From contig CM052817.1 of the NCBI GenBank assembly GCA_028534125.1, positions 5,520,001 through 5,584,000 on the forward strand: DNA of 64,000 bases, given 5' to 3'. This DNA is from Lama glama (lineage: Eukaryota). The position numbers were made by a program, and so were the translations under genes. This document shows, piece after piece, positions 26,316-37,573 of this stretch; the stretch's first letter is position 1; each line of letters opens with the position of its first letter. Below the pieces are notes generated by a model. That model had not been told where the DNA came from. It did not search any database and worked only from the letters and a program-made list of their open reading frames with translations.

Positions 26316-26860
26316 AAAAAGTCTGAAAATAAAAATAGCTATAATAAACCAATCCTAGATATATATTCATTTTTTAAAACTTTAATTTGTTAATTGTGGC
26401 AAAATATACATGTCAAACACTTGACTATGGTTCATATGATAAATTCAGTGGCATTGAGTACATTCAAATAGTTGTGCAACCATCACCACTACCCAATTCT
26501 AGAAACTTTTCATCATCCCAAACAGAAACTCTATACCTTATACCATTAAACTATAACTCCCATTCTCCCGAGCCCCTCAGCCCCTGGTGACCACCATTCT
26601 ACTTTCTGTCTCTAGGTACTTGATAAATACTCATTTTGTAGGCAGTAATTTATCTGGCTGTCTGAGGTTTTTTAGCAACCCAATGGTCCATAAGCCAGCA
26701 GTGACAGACTATAAATTAATGGCTGAGTTAGGTAAGTTCTCTTGCAAGTTTGTTAAAGACATTTTATCAAATGCTTCCTCCAAGTAGCCTTCAGTTCTGT
26801 TCTTACTTAAGGAAAGTACAAATCAGAAGTAGGGCGGGGAAAACTGAAACTAGCCAATGT

Positions 26861-26952
26861 GGGGGTGGGTGGCTATAGTTCAGGAGTAGAGCATATGCCT
26901 AGCATGCACGAGGTCCTGGGCTCAACGCCTAGTACCTCCATTAAAAAAAAAA
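26861..26952 (+). mobile_element. tRNA-derived SINE (camelid vic-1-like)
   Basis: Same body as the other copies; degenerate TSD tagccaatgt / tagccagtgt. Confidence 0.85.
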
Positions 26953-27771
26953 TAGCCAGTGTATCACCACATCTCGACCAAATTGTCCTGTGAAGACAGA
27001 AGAAACGGCAAAGCCCAGGGATGGGACCACCCTGCACAGGGGCAAGAAGCGCTGCTGACCTGAGCGAGCAGATCCACACGGCCTGTAGCACATGTGACAG
27101 CTGAGATTCGAGCTGATCATTCAGGATTGTCATGGAAAGATTAAATCCTGTTCCGCTTTAGGGAAAGAAAGGTACTGAAAAAGGCACTTTAGTGCTTAGT
27201 GAGATAAATCTAGTTCATGTTTGTAGAACACTTAACTCTAATGTTAAAAATAAATTAAATACTATTGCTTAATATTATCATTTATAAGTAAATCTTCCAT
27301 TGAGGCAAAAATGATTACAGGGATAGGTAAATTAAATTCAAACCTGTTTTCTTAGAATAGGCAAATGGGAAACAAAAACTAAAATGTTTTAATTAAAAGA
27401 AAAAAACCCAATAGCATACAGGATGTTTTCCCCTCTGTGATTTCTCACCCCAGAAAAGTTCCTACCAGAAATTCGATTCCTCAACCTTTTATCCTGAAAG
27501 GCTAAGAAAGGTATATCTAAGACTAACATTCATTACAACTATTAAAATCAAAGACAAAGTGCCAAAATACTTTCAATCACCCCGAATATATTTTAGTTAT
27601 ATGGCTCTTTTCCTCTTAGGTGACTTTAAATACAAAAGCAAAAGGCCACAATGTGTTACAAAAGACAAAGAGAGTGAAATCCAAGGAGAAAATAAAGTCC
27701 AGGCAGGACAGCGCCACGCTAGAGGAGCGTTTCCTCCGTACGACCAGAGGAACAAAGTCGAGAGCGCGTAC

Positions 27772-27923
27772 CTGAAGTACTGGCTGAAAGCTGCCAGGAC
27801 GTTCTTATGTGCTTTAAAGCAGACTCCTTTCACCACCAACATGCAGTCGCAGAGCAGGCCCTGAATGCGCTGCTCGTGCAGCTGCTGGAGGAGGTGGCAG
27901 CTGTGAGTAACAACTGGGTCCAT
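27772..27923 (-). CDS. ZBTB49: ZBTB49 coding exon (exon 2), start codon and BTB N-terminus
   Basis: agcATGg strong Kozak context; [51 protein letters not shown]; acceptor tcgtag| before 27942; donor CAG|GTACGC. Confidence 0.97.
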
Positions 27924-28078
27924 GCTCAAGCATCCAGGAGACCTACGACAAAGAACGTGGATCCATGGTGACTCTCGATGCCATGATGGGAAGCTCAGCA
28001 GCTGATCTGTGGTTCACTGTCATGATTCCCTGTCTCAACAGTTTAAACAAACAAAAAATCACTTCTTGAGCATCTAGA

Positions 28079-28253
28079 CCAATGGTGTTCAACAGAATCA
28101 TCTGCAGTGACGGACACACTCCTCTGCACTGCTCAGCGCAGTCGCCATGAGCCACATGAGGCCACTGAGCCCTGGAAGTGTGGTGAGTACGCAGGAGGAA
28201 CCGCACGTTCAATTTAATTTATACGTAAACGGTCACTGCATTTGACACTGCAG
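28079..28253. mobile_element. MER3-like hAT-Charlie MITE
   Basis: gtgttcaacagaatcatctgcagtgacgga...gagccacatgaggccactgagc...tttgacactg resembles MER3. Confidence 0.55.
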
Positions 28254-31200
28254 ATCTAGGCTATGACTGTGCTAACACTATGTGCACCTCTTTCATCTCC
28301 ACTTAGATCACGTCACTGAAAGACACAGAAATAAACTCTTATGAGGTTAGAAAAAAGCCCAACTGGACAAGATCAAATCAATATTGAGCATCTGTATACG
28401 GAGCACTGAATTAGAAGCTGAGGAAAATTAAGAACCTATTTGGGGAGACAATGTACAAGCCAAAATAAATTAACCACCACCACTAGACAATGATTAAACA
28501 GGTATCGCAAAGCAGCATGTCCACTCACTCACCCCCTCGTGACTCGGGGGGCACTACTCTAGCAGGGACCGAACGCACTGGGGGCAGAAATACTGGCACA
28601 TGTGAGGTCAGAGGCAGGAGCTGAGTGTGTGGCTGAAGCCCAGGGCGTGGTAGGACATGACTTCTCAGGAAGGGGAGAGGAGCGGAGGGGAAAGACATGC
28701 AGAGGGTCAGACGATGTAGAGCCTTGCAGGGCCTCTTAAGAACCTTGACTTTGACCCGAGTGAGAGGGAAGCCATTATGTAGATACGGAGAATTCCATCA
28801 TTCAGCATCTATTTGCTGACGACTGTGCGCCAGGCTCCAGGGCCACAAAGGTCAGCAAAGCCTCCAGGCTCCCACCCTCCAAAAGCTTCAGTTCTAGGGG
28901 AGGAAACACACATAAAAGCACACGACAAAGAGCCAAGCAAAACAGTCCGAGCTGGATACTCGATGAGCTACGCTGTGGGCTCTGATGTTCAGGAGCTCGG
29001 TCTAGTTAGAGATGGTTTTGGGAAGAGGAAAAGTGGGGAGAAATTAGGTCAGACTGGGATGAGACTATGGATGTTGGTATTAAAAACTAAAAAGCCATTA
29101 TCTGCTTTATTTGCTTTCAACCTCAGTACCTAAGCATGACTGAAAAAGTCTCTAAACCATGAAGAATCTAAGCTTTTTAACATGGCCTCTACTTTACTAT
29201 TAGCAGTATTATTACTGTTAGTATTATTATTAGCCTTGCCGCCTGTCACTCCCAGGTGTGCCAGCCCAAATAAACTACCTGCAGCTCCCCAAGCGAGCCG
29301 AGCTCCTAACCAGGGCTGGAGCCCCCGCCCACTACTCACTGCCCGACTTCCCTCATCCTATTTCACAGGTTATTGAGATAATTGTGAGAACCCACACTAT
29401 CACTTAGAAATAAATGCATCTGGCATATGTGATGTAGTCAACAAACGTTATCTAGGAGGGACACCTGGAGAGACTGAGAAAACGCAGTGCCCGGGGGCCT
29501 CTGCATTGCAAGCAACCAGGTGATTCTGAAGCAGGTGGACTGCAGACCTCTGCTGTGCTCTCTCCTAAAAAGCCTCTGGTTCTGACACTTCCTGTCCTGG
29601 GAAGACTTTATTTATGTCTGACTCTCCCACCTTCTGGATAACGCCCACTCCCCCATCAGGGCTCAGCCAAGCTGTCATCTGAAGCCTTTCCTGTCACATT
29701 CCTTCTTCCCCACAGTTCCCTCCTCAAGTCTACCCTGGGGTCACTCCTCTGCGACCTTACTGCACACACACTTCAGTAAGATGACCTGTCCTTACGCCTC
29801 AGCTTGTCCTTGTGTATCCCACTCTGCTGTGAGTCCTGAGGGTACCACCTGCCTCCCCTTCGCCTGGCACATAGCAGACGCTCCACCACTGAAACGCTCG
29901 CTGCTCTGCACATACTCACTCTGTGGCTGGTTAATGACGGTTAGTTTCCTGCTTCCTCCCGCTCTACGCTCCCCACAAGCGCTCTCCTACATCCTTTCCC
30001 TTCTCCTCATTCCCACCACGTCTCTCTCTTCCACAATCCTGATTTCACTAAGAAGGCTGAGCCCATGGGTAACTTGCTATAACCTGACTGCCTTTAAATT
30101 CTTTCTTCAGTTTCAGATTTCCCCCTCACCCCTCCCTCAATCCCTTCAGCCTTACATAGGATGAAGTGTGCCTTCTCCTTAACCTTCCTTCCCGTCTCCT
30201 CTAGGACTTCCCTTCATCATTACCCACTCTGTCCTCCACCGGCTCACCCATCCCCTAACACACCAAGATCGTCCCATGTGGGAAAAAAGCAAAACAAGCC
30301 TCTCCCTAGGTACACCTCGTCATCAGAGGCCCCTCTTTCAGCAGTCCACACAACACCCTGCTTCCCTCCCACCTTACAGCCCTGCTGCCCAATCGCTGCG
30401 CTGAGACAGACTTTCCCACGGTGCTGCCCTCAGTTCCATCCTGCCCAGCTTTCCTGCGACAGGTGGTGGAGCAGCCTGCTCACCTCCATCCTGAAATCCT
30501 TCCCTGAGCAGCCCGCTTCTGGTTTTCTCTGTCCTGATCTGTTCCTTCTCTGTGCTGTACTTCTTCCTCTGCGAGCCCCTCAAGTGTTCCTGTCCCTTAA
30601 GAGTCAGCACCTGGGCCCTCTTCTCTTTCCCTTGACAACCACATCTATTTCTGGCCTTCATCTGCTCTAAGCAGACAACTCCTAAATTTGAAGGTTTAGC
30701 TTCAACCACCACTTCCAAATGCCCAGCTTTCTGCTAAACACCTCTAACTGTATGACCCCCTCAGCTCAGAGTCTCCAACACTCACCTCCCATCATCTCAC
30801 CCCCAGCTCCTTACCTTATCCTGATTCCTCTATTTCTGCCTGGAAACCTCAGTTTCTGATATGTAGAGTTTGGGGAACTGGCATGATCTTTTGGTGTGAG
30901 ATTCGGGTGAGAGTCAGAGATGACATCATCTATAAAGAGCAACGCGGAAGCACTGGGAGTGGATATATTACCCCAAACAAGACACGGAAAGGGGAGCATT
31001 ATGTCAGATGATGGGCACTGTCCCCAGAGCTGAATCCTCAAGGGTGCTGAACACCCAAACGACTGAGTGACCAGTTACTGCCCCTGCCCCATGGCTGCCT
31101 GAACACAAAAGGCTTCTTGGTTCATTACTATGAGCTGTCATTTACTGACTATTTACTACAGGCTGGGCACTGTGCTAAGCATATTCTATCCATCAGCTCA

Positions 31201-31849
31201 AAAAGTGCTACAAGAATCCTATTAACATTTTATAAGTGAGGAAATTATGAAATGAGGAGTTTAACTCACCCAAGATCACAAAACTGCTGTGTTTCAAAGC
31301 CAGGACTTAAATCCTGGTTCCTAAGTCCTGGAGCCCATGCCCTTGAGAAAAAGAACATTAAAAAACAACACAAAACCTTCCTCCAATGACTTAAATGTTA
31401 AAATACAGCAAATATTCTGAATCTACATTAGATATTCTCTAGCTATTTAGAAGTGACATGCCAAATTATGAACATTCCACAATTTACTCCAACTATAAAA
31501 ACTGTAACTATTCTATATTACTCAGTATAGTTCTCTAGTTGCTTCATGATGTCAATCCTGTACCTCCCCAATAAGATAATAAAAAGCTCCACGAAAAGAA
31601 TTTGTGTCTCATATTTATCACGTGTCCTATGAATAACAGCCATAAACAATAACGTATCGTGTACCTAGTCACAAATAATAAAAAATATTTATCAAACATT
31701 TCCTCTGTGCCAGGCACTATTCTAAGCTCTTTACACATATTAACTCATTTAATTCTCAGAATAACTGTTAGAGAGAAACTACACACTACTGGCCTCATTT
31801 CACAGATGAGGACAACGATGAACTTGGTAGATTAAAGATGATCACAACT

Positions 31850-32332
31850 TCTCTGACACTCCTCCCTAGGGGAGGTGGGATCTAGGTCTCTTCTCCCTGA
31901 ACCCAAGCAGCCTCCGCCTTAATCAACAGAACAGGTAAAGCTGTGCTCACTTCTGGACCCAGGCCCTCTGAGTAGACAGCTTCCACCTTCCATCTTTTGG
32001 ATACTGGCTGTGGAAGGCCTGGGTAGGCGCTGGGACCGTAAGTCGCCCAGCTGGAGAGAACACACGGAGCAGGAGAAGGACTCAGGTGAGCCCAGGCTTC
32101 CAGCCATCCCTTCCCAGGTACCAGATATGGGAGCAAAGCCACAATGAAGGCTCCAGATCAGCCCCACCTTCAGCCAAATACCACGTCCAGCCCACACCAC
32201 GTGGAGCTGAAGAACTGCCCAGCGGAACCCTGCCTGAATTCCTGACCCACAGAACTGTGAGATGAAATAAAACAGTTTTTAAGTCACTACATTTTGAGGT
32301 AGTTTGGCACACAGCAATAGATAACCTGACCA
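31850..32332 (+). mobile_element. Old MaLR LTR (MLT1-type)
   Basis: 3' signature gaattcctgacccacagaactgtgagatgaaataaa...tttaagtcactacattttgaggtagtttggcacacagcaatagataac. Confidence 0.65.
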
Positions 32333-33887
32333 GAGCTACAGACACAGCTAATAAGTAACAGGTCATCAATAAGGGACAGAGTTGGGATTTAAACACAGAA
32401 TCTGACTCCAAGGCCCACATGCCTCGCCAACACCCTGGATTACATGCTACAGCTCCAAGGCCTTCCCTGAATAAAATCAGTAGCCTCTTCCGTCTACTAC
32501 CTATGCCTGATTGTCCAGGTGACCCTACAGATAAGCACCGAAGTAAAGCACAGCACGTGAGGATGAGTGCGTGCAACATAGCCATTGCGTGTTGGGATAC
32601 CAGAAGTGTGGGGCTCTCTCCGTCTCTGCGGCTAACTCACTTGGTGACAAGGAACAAATATCTCCTGCCTTGTTGATCAACACATCTTTGGTACCTAGAA
32701 GAGTGCTTTGGACACCGGCGGTGCTCAATACATGGTTTCTGGATGATGGAGACTCTGGGCCTCAGTTTTCTCATCTGTAAAATGGAGGGGTCTCTCATCA
32801 GGTTAGATACTCTCTAGAGCATCTTTCTGTTCTAAACACTATGAATCTATACCAAGAATGTGATGGTGGAAAGATGGACTCAATGGCATCAAAGGGAATG
32901 TAAATATGGGAAAAGAGGAAAAGAAAAACGTAAGAAAACACTCAGGCAAATGTGAATGAAGAGGTGCTTCTAAAGGGAACAAAAGTCAGAATGGAACTTT
33001 ATCCTGTAGAAAGTGCTCCGGGAGCAAAGGTTCCTCTGTTCTATGGGGCAATTTACCCACTGGCCAACCCCAAAGGAAAGAATGTGTGGAAGTCTGTGCA
33101 GTGAGGTCACTGATCGATGACTTCTCCAAGGGTCCACAGTGTACACACCTCAGCACTGCACTGGCCTTAGAGTGGTCCTGCCTTCCACTTTGGCCACCCT
33201 GTTTTTCAAATGGCTTGTTTCCAACCCCCCGCCCCAACCCTAATGACAAAAGCACTGGCTACAGCAAACAAGCCTGGAGTCCTGTCTCAGCACTACAATG
33301 ACCTTAGGATGCTATATGGACCAATCCAGTTGAGCCAATGTTGGGTGCCTAATATGCGTAAGACATTGTGGTGAGGATGGAAGGCTGCTCCACTGAGGGT
33401 GGACTGCTCCCTGCCCTTCCTAGGCTGTGTCTCAGTTTTCACATCATTCACTTAACTCCACTGAGTGTCCATCATATGCTGGGCACTAAGGTATGACAAT
33501 GAAAAACTCAGACATGGTCATCCGGGCCTTCATGAAGCGTCAGTTCAGTGGAAGAAACAAGACTAGCACTGCACTGGGGATATTAAATGGGGGAAGCACA
33601 AATTAATCTGGGGAATGAGGGTTAGAAGAAAACTTTCTGGAGGAAGAGACATCTATGCTGTAACCTGAAAGTTCAGTTTGCCAGAGAGAGTGCCAGGAGA
33701 GCTCACGCTGAGTTTTCAGAGGGAGCAAATGAATAAAAAAAAAAAAAAAACTGCAGGAGAGCACAAACAAGGATGAGGCACACATACATGCCCTGCACAC
33801 AAACACACCCTGCTTTCAAACTCTTGGCCCCTCTGTCACTTCTGTTGGACAGTCTTTCCCTTCTTGTCCATTCTGGTGAATTCCTTC

Positions 33888-34266
33888 TGTTATGGGCTGA
33901 ATTGTGTTCCCCTAAAATCTGTATGTTGAAGTCTTACCCAGGACCTCAGAACGTGACTGTGTTTGGAGAGCAGGCCTTAAACAGGTAATTAAGTTAAAAT
34001 GGGGCAGTTAGGGTAGATCCCAACCCAATCTGACTGATGTTCCTATAAGAGGAAGTCTGGACACAGACAACAACGATGCTGGAACAGAGGCAAGACCAGG
34101 CGAGGACAGGGCCAGAAGGTGGGCGTCTGCGAGCCAACAAGAGCTGCCTCAGAAGCAAGCAAACCTGTCAACACCTTGAGCTTGGTTCTAGTTCCCAGAA
34201 CTGTGAGAATCTGTTGTTCAAATCCCCTAGGCTATGGTATTTCGTTATGGCTGGCCCTCGCATACA
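33888..34266 (+). mobile_element. ERVL-MaLR solo LTR (MLT1A/B-like)
   Basis: Starts tgttatgggctgaattgtgttcccc and ends ataca; near-TSD ccttc / ccctc; similar to 1231-1619. Confidence 0.8.
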
Positions 34267-35028
34267 CCCTCTATTCCAGGCCCTACACTGCTCACCTGCA
34301 GAGTGAAACCCTCCTTATCACCCACACCCTACGGCTAATGCTGCTTACCATTCCCCGTTCATACCCCCATTCAACTTTCATTCATTTATTCATTCAAGCA
34401 ACACCACCGCTGTGTGCCGGACCTGTCTTTAGGGCTGAAAGAGTAGTTAAGCCATTAAGCGGCAGGCACTCCGCTGAGCGCTTTCCCTTCACAACTCGTG
34501 AAGCCCTACGGGAACCCACCGAGTAGGAACTGCTATTGCACCCGTGTTACAGAAGCGAAACTGAGGCAGAGAGGTCGCTGGGCACTGAGACAGCTGGCTA
34601 GGAGCTCTGTAGTCTTAAGTAGTACCCTCAACTACAGTATGATGGGGGGAACGGGCGCCGGGAGCCGGGGAGCCAGGGCGGGGAGGGACCTGCAGCGTCC
34701 CGGGCGGCCGGGAGCAACGAGCCGCAGGCCGGCTAGGGCCCCGGGTGGGGCTTCCAGGCCGAGGGAGCTGCACGAGGGAGAAGGCCCCGCTCCAGGACAG
34801 GGACTGGGCCTCCGTGTCTCTGAGCCACAGCATGGCGCGGCCGCGGGGTAACTCACGCCGGACCCGGCAGCTCCCCTGACCCTCGCGGCGCCCGGGGATG
34901 CGCGGGTGGCGGCGGGTCCATGCCCTGCCCGGCCCTCGGGCGCCCGGCCGGGACTCCGGGCCGCTCCCCGAGCGCCGGACCCCGCACGCCCTCACGAGGC
35001 CGGCCTACCCGCCCGGCGCCCACCTTAC

Positions 35029-35150
35029 CCTCGGAGGCCGCTCCCCGTCCAGCCGCCTCCTCTTCACCTGCCGCCGTCGCCGCCCTCAGCGCCGCTGGCC
35101 CGGCTCTGCCGGCAGCGGAACCATTCCGACAACGCCCCCAAGGCCGGCCG
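35029..35150 (-). other. ZBTB49: ZBTB49 non-coding exon 1 (5' end approximate)
   Basis: Minus-strand donor GAGG|GTAAGG (cttac at 35024-35028) inside the CpG island. Confidence 0.7.
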
Positions 35151-35239
35151 GACCCGCCCTCCAGCTTCCGGAGGCGTCACTTCCGCCAAGGGGGTGTGGC
35201 CGCGGCGCGCAGGCGCGCGGGGAGGCTCAGAAGCGAGTT

Positions 35240-35347
35240 CTGCGCGGGGAAGCTCAGGAGGGAGGTGGAGGCTCCGCTGGGCGGGCGGCGGCGATCCCAC
35301 GTGCTCTCCCGGGCCGGTTGAAACCGTTGGCGGGCGCTGGCTGAGAG
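35240..35347 (+). other. LYAR: LYAR non-coding exon 1 (5' end approximate)
   Basis: Donor GAG|GTGAGG at 35347/35348 in the CpG island. Confidence 0.65.
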
Positions 35348-35704
35348 GTGAGGAGCGGTGGCCCAGAGGTCCGACCTCGGAGGCTCAGAGAGTGGGGCGG
35401 GGAGTGCACTGTGGCCGATGCCTGCGTTTCCAGCGTTAGAGTCCCTCCTTTGGTTTGCACGCATGGTGGGAGGAAATCCATTCGGGTCTTATTCGTGCTC
35501 TGGGGAAGTGGAAGGAGTCCTGAACTTAGGATGGCCAATTCCTCCGGGTTTTAAAATGGAAAAGTACTCGTGCCCGGAACCCCCACAGCAGTTTCCAACC
35601 AGGAGGGTTGGTCTAGGCTGGGCTTCAGGCTTGCTGCATGTTGGAGACAAGGCGCTTGTCTCCTCTGATTCTTGGGGAGCTCAGTCCCTCAGGAGGAGGC
35701 CTTA

Positions 35705-35941
35705 GGGCATAGTGGTCGAGAGCACGAGCTTGGGGCCAGGACAGCTGCGTAGGAATCGTGGTTTGCCACTGACTGGATGTATGACCTGCTGCAAGTTACT
35801 GAACCTCTTTGTGCCTTGTCTGTCAAAAGGGGATAATACAGAACCTAACTCAGAGGACTGTTGTGAGGATTACAAGAGAACAAACGTGTTAAGCACCTAA
35901 GACAGGGCTAGGGACATAGTAGGTGCTCAATAAATGTCAGC
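35705..35941 (+). mobile_element. MIR SINE
   Basis: MIR core tgacc...caagttactgaacctct...gttgtgaggatt...catagtaggtgctcaataaatgt. Confidence 0.7.
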
Positions 35942-37518
35942 GTTTTCTGCAGCACTTACCTCTGAGGACCTGGTTAGGAGAATGAGGTGGGGTGTGAGTG
36001 TTTGCAAGGCTGACTTTCCTGCAGAGAGGGCCCACTTGGGACTCATTCACACTGAGCCCCCAGTCCCTCAGTGCCTAGTATAGTGCCTGAGACATGGTCA
36101 GCTTCCACAGATAGTTGCTACACCAGTGAAGGGATGTTGTTTAAACCAGGGCTGGTGATGTAGGGTGTGGGGAAGGCATGAGACTGGAACTTTGTGGCAG
36201 AGACATGGCTCAACTTCTCCCAGCCTCAGTTGGCTCATCTGTAAAATGGAGATGGTGTACCTGCCTCCTAGTGTTTTTGCAAAGAGCGAGAGAGAGGTCC
36301 TGCATGAGTGCACATTGAGATCCTCATCACCCCACATTCAGGGATTCAGGTAGGATGATGGATAGTTTGTACTTGTCTGTCCTTCCCTTTCACCATAACC
36401 TTGATTTCTTGGAGTTCTATCCCCCATGAATGGCTCAAGGCTGGCCTAGTTGGCCTGATCCATTGTTGCACAGATGGGAGAATGTAAGTTCAAAGTCACA
36501 GTGCTCACTGGGGGCTGTTGACAGCTTGGCCCCTCAGGTGGGCTGTTGTGGTAGTGATGATGGCGTTTAGGTCTGTATGTGCATGGAAGAATGCTTTAAG
36601 AATAGTTAATTCTTTTTTTTTAAAATAAGAAATAAACAATATAAAATGTGTAGGAAGGAAGGTAAAAAAGTCACTCCAAATACAATCCCAGAACCAAACC
36701 TGAGTTCATGTTTTCAGGGAACGGGGTAGCAACGTAGGCACCAATGGGAGCCAGAGGAGACCAGAGTGAGTTTATAAAGATAGATGAGTGGATTGAGGAT
36801 CATATATAAAGAAGCATGAGTTTGGAGGGGCCTGGGAGTAATATCACTGATGTGCAAATTAATAGGTCACAAGAAATCCTACTTCTGGGTAAGGATGAAT
36901 CTTTCACATCTCATATCTTTAATTTTCCACATAATGCTCTTAGATGTTAGACCCATTTTACAGATAAACAGATTCTGGGAAAGTTAGGTGCCTTGAGGTC
37001 ATTTAGGTTTAATTGGCAGATTTGGGCTCCAGCTCAGATCTGCTAGCCCTGAGTCCACGCCCAGGTCAACAGAATGGGGTCACCATCTGGATCAGAGAAG
37101 ACTGAGGTGCCTGGATTGCTTCGTAAGTTCCCAGCCCCTCACTGATGCTGTCTGCTGCCCAACAGCTCAGCATGATTGTCCAGTACCCAACATCCTCTGC
37201 TGTGACACAGATGGTCTCCTTGCCCAGTGTGGCCTGGCTTTAGGATAAAGACTTAGGGTCCTAATATTTTTAAATGGAAGATCATGACCTATATGGCACC
37301 TGAGCCAGTAGAGGAACTTAAGGCAGCATGCTTTCAGCTTTGCTAACTTCTGAAGTACATGTATCTTTTTGAATTAAGGTTCCCTCTGGATATATGCCTA
37401 GGAAGAAGTACAAATGTTACAAACTTACCAAATTCAGCATTTGAAAGTTTAATTATCTAAATTTCTTCTACATGTATTGAGTTTTTGAAACTTGAATGAG
37501 TTGAAGCTTTTGTTTTAG

Positions 37519-37573
37519 GTAATGCTTGCTATCTTCAATTAGAGGGACTGTGTTTTCACAGGGCATCTTTTTT
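37519..37573 (+). other. LYAR: Putative LYAR 5' UTR exon 2 (55 nt)
   Basis: Acceptor tttttgttttag| and donor TTT|GTAAGT; lies between exon 1 and the ATG exon; consistent with the recalled 10-exon human structure. Confidence 0.6.

Larger units (their letters stand above)
7220..35150 (-). other. ZBTB49: ZBTB49 (ZNF509) gene span, 8 exons; transcript ends approximate
   Basis: Spliced CDS of 152+1103+47+74+83+162+653 = 2274 nt, open from [15 protein letters not shown] to ...[12 protein letters not shown]-terminal BTB/POZ domain and 7 C2H2 fingers with TGEKP-type linkers. Confidence 0.96.
34640..35470. promoter_or_regulatory. CpG-island bidirectional promoter shared by ZBTB49 and LYAR
   Basis: Very high GC and CpG content; divergent first-exon donors at 35029 (-) and 35347 (+); ETS motifs CTTCCG (35165-35170, 35180-35185); NRF1-like GCGCAGGCGC (35207-35216); E-box CACGTG (35298-35303). 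Confidence 0.92.

Noticed and set aside
34498..35705. Many overlapping Arg/Pro/Gly/Ala-rich ORFs
   Set aside because: Expected scarcity of stop codons in a CpG island.
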